Source: Fimbriosthenelais zetlandica
Lineage: Eukaryota
DNA length: 64,000 nucleotides
Assembly (NCBI GenBank): GCA_977030845.1
Contig: OZ365114.1
Coordinates: forward strand, 15,190,001-15,254,000
Direction of reading: 5' to 3'
Under the pieces are notes generated by a model, which was given only the letters and a program-made list of their open reading frames with translations, was not told the origin of the DNA and ran no database searches. How positions within the stretch are numbered: the first letter of the stretch is position 1; each line of letters starts with the position of its first letter. A program made the translations under genes and the position numbers. Below are positions 1 to 13,577 of the stretch, piece by piece.

Positions 1-172
1 CTGACATGGGAAAAAGACTTTTATATTAACTTCTTGTAAAGGCAGGCCTATAATCAAGCATGGATAATGTAGGGATACAGTATACAGAACTCTTATCAAG
101 CAAACATTTATTCAAGAGTTAATTTCAATTAAACCTATATCTATAAAAGAAAAGTGAAAGTTTACATCTTAC

Positions 173-248
173 CATTGAGTAGAGATTCACCAAAAACAAG
201 AAAATACAGCACATTATTTACACCAATCTCTTGAAAAATGGCCAATAC
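173..248 (-). CDS. NHE exon 8 (VLAIFQEIGVNNVLYFLVFGESLLN)
   Basis: tttccag| ... G|gtaaga; 76 nt; FGESLLND motif. Confidence 0.95.
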
Positions 249-3200
249 CTGGAAAGAAGGAAATTAAATTGTTGAGAAGTTAAATGGATACTTATCAAAC
301 TCTAGTTATAAACGTTTATAGCTTACTTTTCTGGGTGTATTGCATTATTATAAATTGAAGAGAAAGGGAAAATTGAATTTACCGCGACAGGATCCACAGC
401 CACTATGAGTGCACTAAATACAAGGCATTGCACCAGAGAGATGGAAATAGAGCCCATAGCTCCGGCCATAGCTAGACCGTATAGACAGGGGCCTGAATGG
501 AAGAAGCAATAGAATGATATTAATTATACACCATTTACATTATATTGTAAGACTCAAGTACAAAAATTATAAAGGAATTCGATGGTTACAAAATCATGTT
601 CAAACAGTCTGGTGGAGAAGTTGCATATTCAAATATTAAACATTTTTAGATAAAATAAAAGAATTACTAACCCAGGACAAAACAGTTGAATAGCGTCCCC
701 TGATAAACAAACAAAAACGGTGTAATATTAATCTTATGTTTGACTTGATTTATCTATTAATTTTGGAGAGCGATTGTTATTCAACTAATTATCTATTTAG
801 AGAACATTTTAGGATAGATATGATGATCACCAGCCAACTTCATTTATCATCAAACTATTCGGGATTGTATAAGAACGGCGACACCATATTTGTTGCTTCT
901 TATATGTATACATAGCTCTTCATAATAACTAAATAAGACATATGATACCATTATACAGCTGAAGCTGATATTTAACAGCCTGTTAGATAAACAGAACCAA
1001 TGGCTCTTCCCGAACAAATTTATGATTAGATAATAGATCTGATATCTATACTCAAGAGCAATATGGCTCATTGGAAAGGAGAGATGGTCAGTTCCCATAG
1101 CAACCTATCTGAGTGATACAGGCAGACTTACAATGACGGCATATAAGAGGATCGTGCCCAAGTTGTCCCCAAACACGCGATCATGGAGGCTGTAGGCCGA
1201 CTCCAATATGATCCTGTCCAAAACCAAGGGACAGACATTGATTCAACCAAACATGTGTCAACCTTGTGTATACACAAACACAGGAATCTGACCCTACTTC
1301 TGATCAACTCAAACTATACAGAGGACACTGGATGTATGTGAGAAATGGCAATGAGAAGGCTAGTTTAAAATATAATCAATATAACAAGGGAAATATATTA
1401 CATTTTTTTTTACTATTTAGCATATATGACATTTTCGATTCTATTTTCATATTATGTATCCATTGTGGGTCAATTCATTTTACTTGATATATCCATTTTG
1501 TCATCATGAAATATTGATAATAATCTTGCACCTAAATCTATGCCACACACTTGAAATGCCAGCAAAATCAGTGAATAATATAGACGAGAAAAGAGAATAG
1601 GTTATAAGTGCTTACATTCAAGTGGAAAGCAATATGCCAGTACATACACACGTAACTGCTAATGATAGAAAACCCTAAACCGAATACTTAAATGTCAATC
1701 CCAGTAAAGACCGAATGACCATATGTACCATACATCTTATGCCAGGAACATACTAATCCGATTCTCCAATCCGTCGCCATCCGAACCTCCATTTCTAATG
1801 GCATCCAATCATTGAAAATAGGTGGAAAGGTCTGTTCAAATTACATGCTTTTTGTCGGACAGACTCGGAGAGCTATCGGATGGAGCTGGATAGAGAATCG
1901 GATTAGTGTGCTCCGGGCATTATATTGTACCAAAAATGTGAAGCAAAATGAAAATTATAATACAAAATACAACAATATAATGCATTCAAAACATCCCTCT
2001 TTTTAAGAAGACATACATCTTTTTTTAAATTATCACATAATATTATAGCGTGCACTGTAAGTTCATCCAGAATATGATACTGGTACATTTACATCCTACA
2101 TCAACTACACCGATTCAAAATTCAAAATAATTATAATACACAATACTATACATGCTAGATACATTACGCGAAATACATTCTTTTCAAAACCAGTGCTTCA
2201 TTTTACAAGCGTGCGGTTCTATAAAGAAACAATGGTGTACTCTCAAATAATATATATGTCTATAACACTTAGAACTAAAAAAACTGAAAACAGAATACTG
2301 TAGTTTTACAGGGTTAATGAAGTACAGGCCTACATGTATTGTTATGGCAAACATACATTCACTATCAAAGACATAATCCGTTTTCTTGGTTCAAATTTTT
2401 TTTTTGATATTTCATAAACACGACAGATCATTCAAGATCTTACGGAGGTAGGAGGATGAGGAAAAATAAGGCCGAAGTGAATTTTGGAAATGCAGTCCTG
2501 TCGGCTCCAACTAGACTGAAAATAACGAGAAATTTCAAAATCTAAAATTATGGTATTTCCTATTGGGATTCTATGCCAATTATAGTACAAAGACTAAGAG
2601 AAGCATACATGAATGAACCCTGTTTCGATCTTCCTTTTTGTAGACCTTCTAATGAACACAATCACGAATAAAGAATTTTATTATGTATGAAAGCAGTCCA
2701 TATCTCAGTGATAAGCTGTGTCAAATGTAACCTACAGGAAAGCCTAGTACAAGATTAATGCGAACATAAATTTATGAGTGAGATCATGGCACTGTACAAC
2801 AATGCATTAGCCTAGGATTCTACCTCAATGTCTTCTACCATAATCTATGGGACCCAATAAGTGAGCTTTCGGCTCATCTATACTAATCAGCTATAGCATT
2901 TACACCACCATTAGAGCAGTTCTACCAATGCAAAAATGCCTCTATCTACTACATATTCTATAAATTTATGATTATGGAATAGTCAACAGAGGAGCAATAT
3001 TGTAGGCATAAGCAGTTCCTCACTCTAAGTGGATTTGCAAATGAATTAAGGAATCAGAAAAGCAGGTGCTGTTCAGATCCATGATCCCCAAAGCGGAAAT
3101 GCATTTTTAAATCCTTGGGCCAAAGCAGAGAATGGAAGGGAGAGAAAGTAATTTGCTTTACTCATTATACTAGTATTACTAATATTTATATAGTAGAGTC

Positions 3201-5332
3201 TTACGGGGGAAGGAGGCATAAAAAGAAGCCTCTCGGAGTGAGTTGGAGAAATCCATGGGCACAGGCACTAGAAAGGCAACCAGGAAGTCTTCGTTTTTAC
3301 ATGGGCACTAAAATGATTTTTAAGACCCTTAACATTGCTTTTACAAGTCTCTAGAATAACTACAACTCTGCGATATTTTAATTCTGAATAATTATGGTTA
3401 CAAGCCCATATAAACGAGAATGGAAATCGTGAAATAATATGCTCCATATCCAACACCGAATGGTTCATTTCAATACAAATGCATTTGATTCAATATTCAT
3501 ATCAACTCCAATGTAATACGTTGCTGAAATATATGATTCTATTAATTGAGTAAACCAATTAGAAATAAAATATGAAAAAATGTATAATCTAAGGAATATA
3601 AACTAATATAGTCTTGTCTATATAATTAATGCTATCTTTAACCACTTAGGTTTAGCTCCCTACCGAATTTCTGGATGTCCTTCACATGTGAAGATCTGAA
3701 TGACACTGTTGATTAATAAGGTATTTAGTCAGGGCAATTTTAACAAAACCTTTTAAGTCTATCATTTAAAACATTTGGGGATTTTCGTCACTACGTCATT
3801 ATCAGCTTTGAGGTGGTAACATAAACATTATTAATCTTTAATTTAAGAAAAAATCCACAGAATGCTAGAATCTTCTTTAATCTTTCAACATAGTTGATTT
3901 ACAATGTATATAGGCACACATCAAAAACCCTCTAATCACCAGGTATCAATGCATGATTCTAAGTTCCGTTTCATTATGAAGAGCTCCTAAGATTACTGCC
4001 TAGATGAGACTTAAAATAGGTCAAAACAAACAACTGTGTAAGTGATCGGTGGATTATCTTATATAAGCTATTACATAGAGAGATAACAGTTCCTGATGCA
4101 TGCCATGAGCTAATCCAATAATCCATCCATCCAAAGAGATGATCATAATTATGTTAGGTCTCAAAATAATATAAGTCAACAGAACTTAGCTTCATTCAAA
4201 TATGCATGCAAAAACATACCTATTGACCTTAACAACTGTATATTTCATCTAGTAGGGTTTATCTAATATAACGTTAACATTTAGTAGTCAAACAAACACA
4301 ATTATGTGATTCTTAGTTTGTATTGGGCCTATTGAAATTAACTTTTGTGAGAAAACACCCATAAAGGTACAGAATACTTACTAAAGGAGTCCTCCAACGA
4401 GTGTTCCCAGGAGAATAAGCAAGCTGTTCATAAAAAAAGAGAAGAACTTCAGTACTAAATATACGAAATGTGTTAATCAATTCTAATCCAAATTTTTAAT
4501 CAACTAATAGAACACATTTTCATTAATTTCTTGTGAATAAATTTAATTGAATTTAGTCCACCTACCAGGACTCAGGAAATATTGTAGGCAGGATACCTGC
4601 GTGATGGAAACCTGGCGATAAAAAACATTGGGCATTAAACTTGACGAAGAGGCAGACTAATATTATATCCATAAAGTAGGGACCTATATTGACATACTAC
4701 GCTCCATTTATCTTTCCTACACTTGAGGCAAGCTATTCAGTGCCAAAGCCAAATATTAATCTTAAAACCGTTGCAAAAAATCAATAAAAATGTTAAGAGT
4801 AACTGGCGTTAAAATGTTAAAAATTGTAATACCATATGGAAATAAGTATTATGCATTATGAATACTTCCATTTATTTAAAAAATAAGCATTTTCAAAGTT
4901 TAAAAAGGGCAGAAATATAGTACAATACCCACCGAGTTTACAAATAGCTGTTACGACCAAGAACATGGTAATGATTAGAGGCTGGCGTACATAATCCCAC
5001 TGCCAGCCGACCACATGTATACCATGATGTCCTCCATGGTGATCACTATGGTTGCCATGGTGACCATGGTCATCATGATCAGAGGAAGAGTTCACATTAT
5101 GGTCAGTAGAAGGTATACTCTCATACGGCGCTCCATCATGGGTTCCTTCTGATGTCCTATGGGTTGGTGAAGGCCCTAATGATGGATCAACCTCGAGTCC
5201 ATTTTGATTTGCAATATCAGCCTTTTTGTCTCCTAGTTCTTTGTGAGACTGAGTCAATACACTGTGCATACATGTCAATATCAGGAAAACCACGAGGAAT
5301 ATCCGATGCTTTTTCAGGGAAAACCGAGCCAT
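173..5332 (-). CDS. NHE (SLC9A): Na+/H+ exchanger (SLC9A/NHE, plasma-membrane NHE2/3-like), 5' part; 8 coding exons, gene continues beyond the left edge
   Basis: Phase-consistent GT-AG exons 5332-4933, 4611-4566, 4423-4382, 2515-2444, 1213-1132, 699-672, 492-383, 248-173 splice to ...CKLGFHHAGILPTIFPESCLLILLG...FFLILLPPIILESAY...DNLGTILLYAVIGTLFN...AVDPVAVLAIFQEIGVN...LVFGESLLN(D). These are hallmark CPA1/NHE motifs. The next acceptor (cccatgtcag) lies at positions 1-2. Confidence 0.96.
383..492 (-). CDS. NHE exon 7 (PCLYGLAMAG...SALIVAVDPVA)
   Basis: cattcag| ... GCG|gtaaat; 110 nt; AVDPVA motif. Confidence 0.95.
672..699 (-). CDS. NHE exon 6 (GTLFNCFVLG)
   Basis: ttatcag| ... G|gttagt; 28 nt; GTxxN motif; phases fit both neighbours. 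Confidence 0.9.
1132..1213 (-). CDS. NHE exon 5 (IILESAYSLHDRVFGDNLGTILLYAVI)
   Basis: ggacag| ... ATT|gtaagt; 82 nt; NLGTILLYAV motif. Confidence 0.95.
1739..1920. mobile_element. Short imperfect inverted-repeat (MITE-like) element in an NHE intron
   Basis: Arm 1739-1784 (atgccaggaacatactaatccgattctc...catccga) is the reverse complement of arm 1876-1920 (tcggatgg...gagaatcggattagtgtgctccgggcat) at roughly 80% identity; no clear TSD. Confidence 0.5.
2444..2515 (-). CDS. NHE exon 4 (LVGADRTAFPKFTSALFFLILLPP)
   Basis: ttttcag| ... CC|gtaaga; 72 nt; FFLxLLPP motif. Confidence 0.93.
4382..4423 (-). CDS. NHE exon 3 (LLILLGTLVGGLL)
   Basis: gaacag| ... TA|gtaagt; 42 nt, phase 2 to 2. Confidence 0.92.
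4566..4611 (-). CDS. NHE exon 2 (GFHHAGILPTIFPESC)
   Basis: cgccag| ... TG|gtagg; 46 nt, phase 1 to 2; conserved GFH and PES motifs. Confidence 0.92.
4933..5332 (-). CDS. NHE exon 1: signal peptide, His-rich ectodomain, first TM helix
   Basis: ATG at 5332 (MARFSLKKHRIFLVVFLILTCMHSVLTQ...), WDYVRQPLIITMFLVVTAICKL, donor G|gtgggt, phase 1. Confidence 0.92.
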
Positions 5333-6317
5333 GTTGTTCTTAAAAGTTAAATCTTCCAAAGGCTGGCAAAGGTAGATATCCAGACTGGGGATATTGAAGA
5401 CGTTGATGGCATAATCTGAAAATGAAAAAAATTCATAGAATTAGCACGAAGGTCATAATTCCGAAATTGGGGGTTGATAATATGTGGGAAGCGGCTGAAA
5501 TTAATTATGAACGATTTAATCAGTGAATGGGAAAGTTTGTCATATTTGATGTGTTTGGCAATGAACAGATGATGGTATTTATGGATAGAGGCGATGACAA
5601 TCCAGAAACTGAAGGGAGATCCCTGGGGCGCTTGGGCAAACAGAGAAATCACCACTATGGAGAAAATCAATGTGGTAGACAAACATACTGTAATATGCTG
5701 CATGAGCCAAACAACAAAAAGCCCACCACTTGTCTCGTTTCCCTGGTTTTAAACAAAACAACATTGACAGAGTGCTTCCAGCACTATAAACAATACCATT
5801 TTCCTCTTTAAATGTGATGAACATTGACAGAAATGTATGTTGGAAAGATTTCCTGTCAGATTCCATTAAGACTCATCACATACATGCACACTTTAAATCA
5901 AATGACAATAATTATGATTTAATTGTATCACAGATCAATAATTATACTCCCTAAGATTGCAAAACCAAAAGACTGAAGCAGCTGCATGTGGAATTGATTA
6001 TGAACTGATTTCATAGGAAGGTCTTTTGAAATTTAGATTTAATCAGGAGATGGGGATACATAATAATAGTCCGGACCTGTGGAATAGATGTATACTTTGT
6101 ATATATAATATATTACTGTATGTATAATATTTCTGTATAAAGTTATCTAGAGTTCTCATTGTATTGCCATGAGGTAAAAAGTCGAGTTTAATTACAACAT
6201 AATCCATATGTACGGTGAAAAATGAAACAACTACTGGTAATACAAAATGCTCCAGCAAGATTAAATAATGACATTTACAGACTTTGGTCACAGCCCAGGT
6301 AAACATGATCGAAAAAA

Positions 6318-6320
<3 letters not shown>

Positions 6321-6352
<32 letters not shown>
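6321..6352 (+). repeat. Poly(A) run, 32 nt
   Basis: Uninterrupted A32. Confidence 0.95.
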
Positions 6353-6354
<2 letters not shown>

Positions 6355-9300
6355 ATCGCAGATGAGTTCTTATCAATTAAGTTAAGAGTCCTTATCTGTC
6401 GTTAAAGTCATAAGGAGCTTAGCTCTTTGACAGATGGTCTTTGAAAGGTACGGTACTTGTATCAATGCTTATGAATATCAAATCTTATATTCATACATGG
6501 TCACTCATAATAATTTAAGATTTAGTATAATTTAGACATTGCATTTAAAGCAATTGAAAAGTGATATAGGCATACGAACTCCAGGGATCACTGAAGCACG
6601 TATATTATCTTTATCGATTATCATTAAATAAACTGTGGGTTAGCGACTTGTTCTCACTTTTTTACCTCTAAGGGAGTGACTATAATGAGGTATCACTTTA
6701 CTTTGCACCAGTGGCATCTGCTTACATAGGAACCAGAACCATCCAGTCCTAGAAGTAGTGACATGGAAAATACATCACGCAGTCTTTCCTCTGATCAATA
6801 GCCCATGATCAGAAGCTGATAAGGCATGCTGATAAGCTATTTAAGTCTTAATCCTATACTACAGCCCAAACAACACTTTAGCTGATCAGCATTATGGAAA
6901 ACATAGGATGAAGGCTAGTAGTATATATAAATGAGAGACAGAGTGAGAATTGACTTATGAAAACAGTGTTTTAGATCTGGATGTACAACTCCCTTTGTCC
7001 GCTTTGTAAAAGCATTAGCAGCTAACGAGTGAGGCGTGTGTTCCAAGAGACCAGAAAAGAAAGAGGAAAGCCCTTCACAGCAGACAATGGAATCCTTTCA
7101 TGTTATCCCGTTCTTATACAACAAGCCACCTGCCAGTAAGACATAGTTTTCATAAGAGGCAAGGCATAAAAAAGCAACACTACATTGACAGTCCATTACC
7201 CTCGCAAAGAGAATGATTCATCTATTGCCAAGTATTGGGAAAAAAATCCCCCACAGTAATTGCCCCGTCCTCAGTTAGTAGTATACCATAGCTGGGAATA
7301 ACCAAGTATAAAATATATGAGCATGGATATTGCTTGCCATCAACACTTCTGTAACATTCATACATGTATGTATAACTTATTATTGTGTTAACTTTGACAA
7401 AGAAACAATTTTCCATCTTGACTTTCTAAGCTCAAAGTTGTCAAGATTTCGTTTCTAACGTAGGATCTAGGCATGTAGGCCTATTACATTTCATTAGCAA
7501 GAAGCTGACCTTTACTGTCTAGACCTGTAGAGATTAGTCAGGGATGGCAGAACAAGATCTATGTAAAGAGACCTATTGCCAGTTCATTGCTTTGGTTTTA
7601 GTAAGCAGCTTAGGAGGGAATGACCAGCCATAGAATGTAATAGAACAGACAGTATTAACACATGATCCTGTTTTATCTACAGCAAAGAGCGCTGGATGAG
7701 TGCGGACAGGCGAGAACTGGGCAATTTGTGGGACCGAAAAGGTCCTTAGAAAGAAGCTATCACTGATATTATTCTATTCCAGTCCATAAAAAGTTACTAG
7801 ATTTCGTTACACAAAAATCATTATATTGTGTTATGTATATTATTATAGATTCATAAATATTTCTGATTTCATCAACCAATATTAGAAACACATGAAATTG
7901 GAATAGATTTATTGACAACCTGATTTCCGTGTATTCAACATTTGACATGGCATACTATAATTTCATATTGCTGAACAGCTAGTTTTTCAGATAGAAATTC
8001 AGAAAGGAAGACGATCCAGAACAGATCATCTGGACTCGAGAGACTCTCAAATTATTAATCACAATAAACGTTATTGCAAACTCTCCTTTTATTTTCTCAT
8101 CTTCGTGTAGTTTTGTGTTTTCTGATCTTTTTGTACTTCTGTATTTTCTCATCTTCTTGTAGTTTGATTTCGTATTTCTTTACTTGTCAAATATCTAATT
8201 GGCCAATGACGCAAAATCTATATAGTTGTGTTATACATACACACATAATGTTATATTCATTCCACACAGTTTAACTCTTGAATTATGAAATTTATTTCAT
8301 GTTCATACTTGGATCCCCCACCTGCACCTCCTGATTGTGTAATAGCAGAAGGTCATTAAATATTGAAAACTCTAAATTGCTATCCAGAAGGGATGATAGC
8401 TCCAAATGCAAAGCTTAACCATGGCATTATGATCCTTTTGGTGGTAGGCAATATAATGCCTCGTAAATGCCAACGTTAATCATGCAGGGAATGCAAACTT
8501 AGCACTGTGGACGGGGGATGTGCCTGGAATGTGTTCCATGTCTCTTCCTTGCAAAATGTTTATTCATGGTCTGGGGATGGAAAAGCCTGCTCTGTTGAAC
8601 CAAACATTTAGGGAGAGGGTAATTTACTTGGATCCATTTCAAATGGTATTCTTACATCGATATGGTATTGGTGGCAACAATATTATTATTATTATTATTT
8701 CCCTTCAGAGTTATGGCACAATTTACCAGCCTTAAAATATAGTATACTTCACACTATTGTTCTTTTTCTGGTGCACATACGTGCATGACCAATGTATAGA
8801 AAGTCAGAAATAGTATACATTGTATGGTACCTCATCATGTGATACTCATCATGATGGCATCAGAATAGACGGTATTGATAGTGGTAAACTACTCATTTAT
8901 GGTACTATTTTTGATATATAAGAAGTAGCTAATGCTGATGTAAGGCATGAATTACATGTACATCCGTCAAGCTGAGCTTATGAATTTATCACCATCCCTT
9001 AGTGGGCACACTATGATTTTAAACATTCAGATATACAGAGTACATACCACATAAAGGGGTCTAATGTTAGGAGAAATGTTATTGACGAAATTGGTATACA
9101 TATATTATGTGCCAGTCATGTGAGATGTATGCATAGATGTATATGCCAAGTAAACAAGTCTGAAGGAGAAGGAATGTTTCTCAGGCCAATGGAAGTCATC
9201 CAGAGGCAAACATTTTGGAGGGCTTTTAGGATTTTAGGGCCAGGGTGAACTAAGAAAGGAAACACAACTAAAGAAGGAAGCTATATCCCACATTGACCCA

Positions 9301-9360
9301 TGATTTTCAATGTAAATATTAAACAAGTTACACTTTCAAAATACTTACAATCAACAAGAT

Positions 9361-9470
9361 CTTTCTCTCCCTATCTTTCTCTCCCTGTCTCTCTCCCTGT
9401 GAATCTCTCTCTATGTCTTTAACAGTTTCTCTTTATCAGTCTCCCTCTCTTTCTCTCTCACTCTCAGCTT
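9361..9470. repeat. Degenerate (CT)n/pyrimidine low-complexity tract
   Basis: ctttctctccctatctttctctccctgtctctctccctg... Confidence 0.8.
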
Positions 9471-12400
9471 AGTTCTCCGCCTGTACTTTGTATGAACGGG
9501 TAATTTATGACCCACTCTTGAGCAGCTCAGCCACAGGCCTCTTAGGATAGCAAGACAATTACTGTTCTGTGGCAGACAACCTCTTGTGCATTTACATAGA
9601 GCTTTTTTAAAGTTGAGCAGAATACATACAAGGGATACTACGAAAGAATATTATGCGTGCATTACATGAACACATAATATAAGGTATTAAAGCAAAACGT
9701 GTAATGGTGATGTATTATAACAAATATAACATGGAATTTGGAACATAGTCTATACAAAGCAGAATAATTATGATATATGCTTGAACCCCACATTTTATTA
9801 AATATTCCTGCATCGGCATCAGCAGTTGTCCAGATACATTAGTGATAAACACCGACTAGAATTTCTCATAGTTTTCCAGATGCTGCTGTGTGGATTATAT
9901 AGAGGTCCATCCCGGCTTGGGGTCCGGAGCTAGCTGAAGGACCCAGCCAGGCAAGATAAACAGGATAATCTCATCTCCACCCCCTGACACGAACCATCTC
10001 ACCAAAGGTCTCCATGCACCTCTCTCACTCCGCCTTGTTCTCTCACATACTCTCTCACCGTTTATCACCAGTCATATAGAATGTTTCGAAATCCAGAAAT
10101 AATCTTCCAGTTCTAGATTCTACTTCTAATGAACTTTTGATAAGATTTTAATGTTCAGACAATGTTACCTGAGGGTTTCCCTTAATTTAGACTCCACATT
10201 GACATCCTGTATGGTTAAAAACCGAGACAATAACTCCTGGAGAAGGAATGATTCATGATAATTACGAAGACAATCAGTCTGAAATTGCTACTGGAATGCC
10301 AAGTATACTACTTGTAGTATGTCATATCATATATCTTATCCCTATTTTATCTAATCTAAACCCTCAATCGAGACAACAACAACGCAATACCTTTTCTGAA
10401 GATCCGCATACAAGGGTCAACATGTGGAGTGTGCACACTGCATACCATTGTGGGCAAATCACTGGGAAAGTGTTTCAAAAATAGGTACGAGTGGTCATAT
10501 GGCTGACAATGACCATGACATGGCCCTTTACAACCGTCACAAGATAAAGAGTATACCAGGAAGGAGAAAGGTTAATGACGCTATCATATTTTTCGTATCG
10601 TTACCTCCAGATTTATGTCCAATGCAATGTTCAAGAATTAATAACCATTATGGAAATCTGGTGCATGGACAGCTTTTAATAATTGGTTCATAATAATAAA
10701 ATGCTAAATAAAGTATTGCATAGTGCTAAATAAAATACTTCACTCTTCTAGATAAAAGCTGAAAGGTTTAAAAAGATACAGCCTTGATTCAAACTACAAG
10801 GATGCAGTCGGTATTAATACTATAGGGAAGAATGAGGGATACCATGGCATATTTCCCATTCCTACAGTAGCATACTGCACATCAGCTTCTGCCCTTTTTG
10901 TTTCACCCAAATTTCATCTTAAGCAACAAAACATATCAGTTACTGTGACCCAGTACACTATTTCCTTACTGGAATTTGAGAGTAGACTGTGCCAAGACAT
11001 AATTGTGATTGGAGTGTAACTAGAACTAGAACTAACTAGAGCGTGTCCATGAAAATACGGACATTCAATAGTATTTACACATTAAGCATACTATCTAATT
11101 ATCCCAAAACGTCCGCCCTTTAGAGGATAAAGTTACTGTCAGATTCATACGTCTTCATTAGGTTAGTCAAATATCACCAAGGTTGACATTGCATAGCAGT
11201 ATCATCGCTGAAATCCTATCAATAATTTACCCATTGAGTACCGTACCTTATCTATACAACATTTTACACTCGAATATACATGCAGTAAAGATGAAATCAG
11301 GCCCTATAAAATATAGCTATTTCATTGAATTAATTTAATCATTGCACAGGTAATCTTCGATACAACTATAATAGGTCTACTAGCGTTGGATTTTTTATGA
11401 ATACCACAAAAAATCCACAATAAATTGATTCGATTTATTGATACTGGTCAGCATTCCAAACATCATGATCAAATCATGCAACGTACACATGAAATGATGC
11501 ATTCTGTGGCACTGTTTAGGAACTTATTGAAGCGTGCATGCTACCTTCTATAATACAGGATGTATGGGAATCTGAATCTCACCTTATTCTTACAGGGTTT
11601 GTTGTCAGTAAGCACTTTGACCATAATGATTGTACTCCACAACGCCAAGACTTCCTGTTTTAATTTAATATTCCTATCCAAATCCACACCCCATGTGTCA
11701 TGACTGGGTAATAGAAAATATAGGTACATTCACCTCCAGGACAGGTGTATTGATATATAGGCCACAATATGCACTACAAACACTAGCATGTTCACCTCCC
11801 GGGACAACCTTAAACTATGGACTATTTCACTGACTGGGTCCGGTATTTCACATGCAGTGCAAGTGGGTGGTTGTGTTCGGAAAGTGTACTAGTATCATAT
11901 CATCTATAATAAGGTCGTCCTTGGGTTTTGACTAAGGGCATATAATATATCTCGCTCAGAGTAAAGGTGTTAAATAGAGACAGTCGCTATTCTTAATTTA
12001 ATGAGAAAATAATATTAGATACAAGGACATGTTGAAAGGCTATTTATTCGAGTATAACGCTTACATTCCATCTAGCAGCTGGGTTAAAAGAAAATAATTA
12101 TTAAATATTACACTTTTTTAACAGAAATATTTAATCTAATATTTAGAACAAAATACTATGGGTTCGACCATTTCAGAGAAAGAAGCTATAATTAAGGAAT
12201 AGTAAATTTGGATTTTTTAAAATATAAATTGATAGAATTCGAAGCAAGACTTATGAAAACAGTGTTACTGTTCCTCAGCCCTCAATTGTCGGACAAATAG
12301 ACAGGGAGCATTCCTTTGATATTTACATAGATCCAAGAAAAAATGGAAGAACCTGAAGGAAGCAGTCCTTTTTCACTTGATGTAAAAGCTGTTTAAATAA

Positions 12401-13577
12401 GGTTCCTATTTCCTGCTAAAACCGGATTAGATTTAAAGGTTAGTTAGCTTTGAATATCAACCCAGATTAAAACATTACAGAAAGAATGCTAAATAATTAC
12501 AGAAGATGGTCTTAAGATGAATTTAGTACTGCAACCATCACTGAAAAGTATAAAATAGTTTAATACATTTAGCCTAATAATGCCTTTTCGGAAACAACCG
12601 ACATTTGTTAAAATACAAAATTTCTTATTGTATAGGCCTATTTAGGAACTGACCATACCAAATCCAGATGCGATACTAATGCTTTCCTGGGCGGGTGTGG
12701 GTGTGCACTCATAGATCTTCCTTTTTTCGTTTCCTTTCTTTCCTTGCATTGTTTCCAGTTATTGTTTATTTGGAGATTTCTTATAGTGTGGGTTGTAGAC
12801 CCTCGGATTGATCACCGGTCCTGCCTCGCAAACCCAAGTAACCCAAAAAACAGGATACAAAAAGTATCCTCTCTATAGATTATTGATAAGAGTTAAAACC
12901 GACTCATGCATCCACTATCTATAGAATTACACAGATGTTAGTCCCTAAAAGCGGCCATTACACTACCCTCTTCATGGTAATGATGAATATGCTATTACAC
13001 TTACACTGACTGTCCAACTACAGGAGGTTATCAATTAATGATAACTGACACACACTCTATCATGACCCGCATAAACTCACTGACGATAATGCCTGGAACA
13101 CAATGTGAATGACTCCCCTTGCTTGCGTTTTTCTTTTCATTAGACCTCAGAAAATAACTCTATCACATTGAGCGTCCCGATTATATTTCCTAAAAGGGTT
13201 GCACGCACTCTCTCGGACAGAAGTGCACAAAGATGTTACCAAGGCTGGTGCGTCTATGAGCGGGGATGAAAAAATGCTCTGGTTTGTTCAATACATAAGA
13301 CTGTAATGTTCAGTTGCTGATTGGAACATGAACCAAGATACAGCTTGATAGTGTATACCTCAGAAACTTGGAAATGGCTCTTGGGGCTAGACTAACCCTA
13401 AAATAAATAGGGGCCCGTGTCATATGCACCAATGCATATTATAAATTCTGAGGTAAAGCTTGTTTTGAATCACCGTTCATTCATTCATTCCATTGCTAGT
13501 CTGGCTATGATGCAGTACAGCCACCTAGTGTTTATGGACGAAAACTATGGTAAATTCAATGAGTTTCAATTCAATTC

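Noticed and set aside
850-1098. 82-aa ORF superficially like a LINE RT fragment (WF...NRL)
   Set aside because: Only a few matching residues, no RT core motifs; lies in an NHE intron.
4856-5359. Full 167-aa ORF as given in the ORF track
   Set aside because: It starts at TTG and reads through the exon 1 donor. The real CDS is more plausibly ATG 5332 to donor 4933.
6321-6352. Poly(A) run as a retrocopy or SINE tail
   Set aside because: No target-site duplication or recognisable element body.
13100-13330. Possible snRNA/snoRNA upstream of the tRNA cluster
   Set aside because: I could not match U-snRNA, SRP, 7SK or convincing box C/D or H/ACA structure; an Infernal/Rfam scan would settle it.
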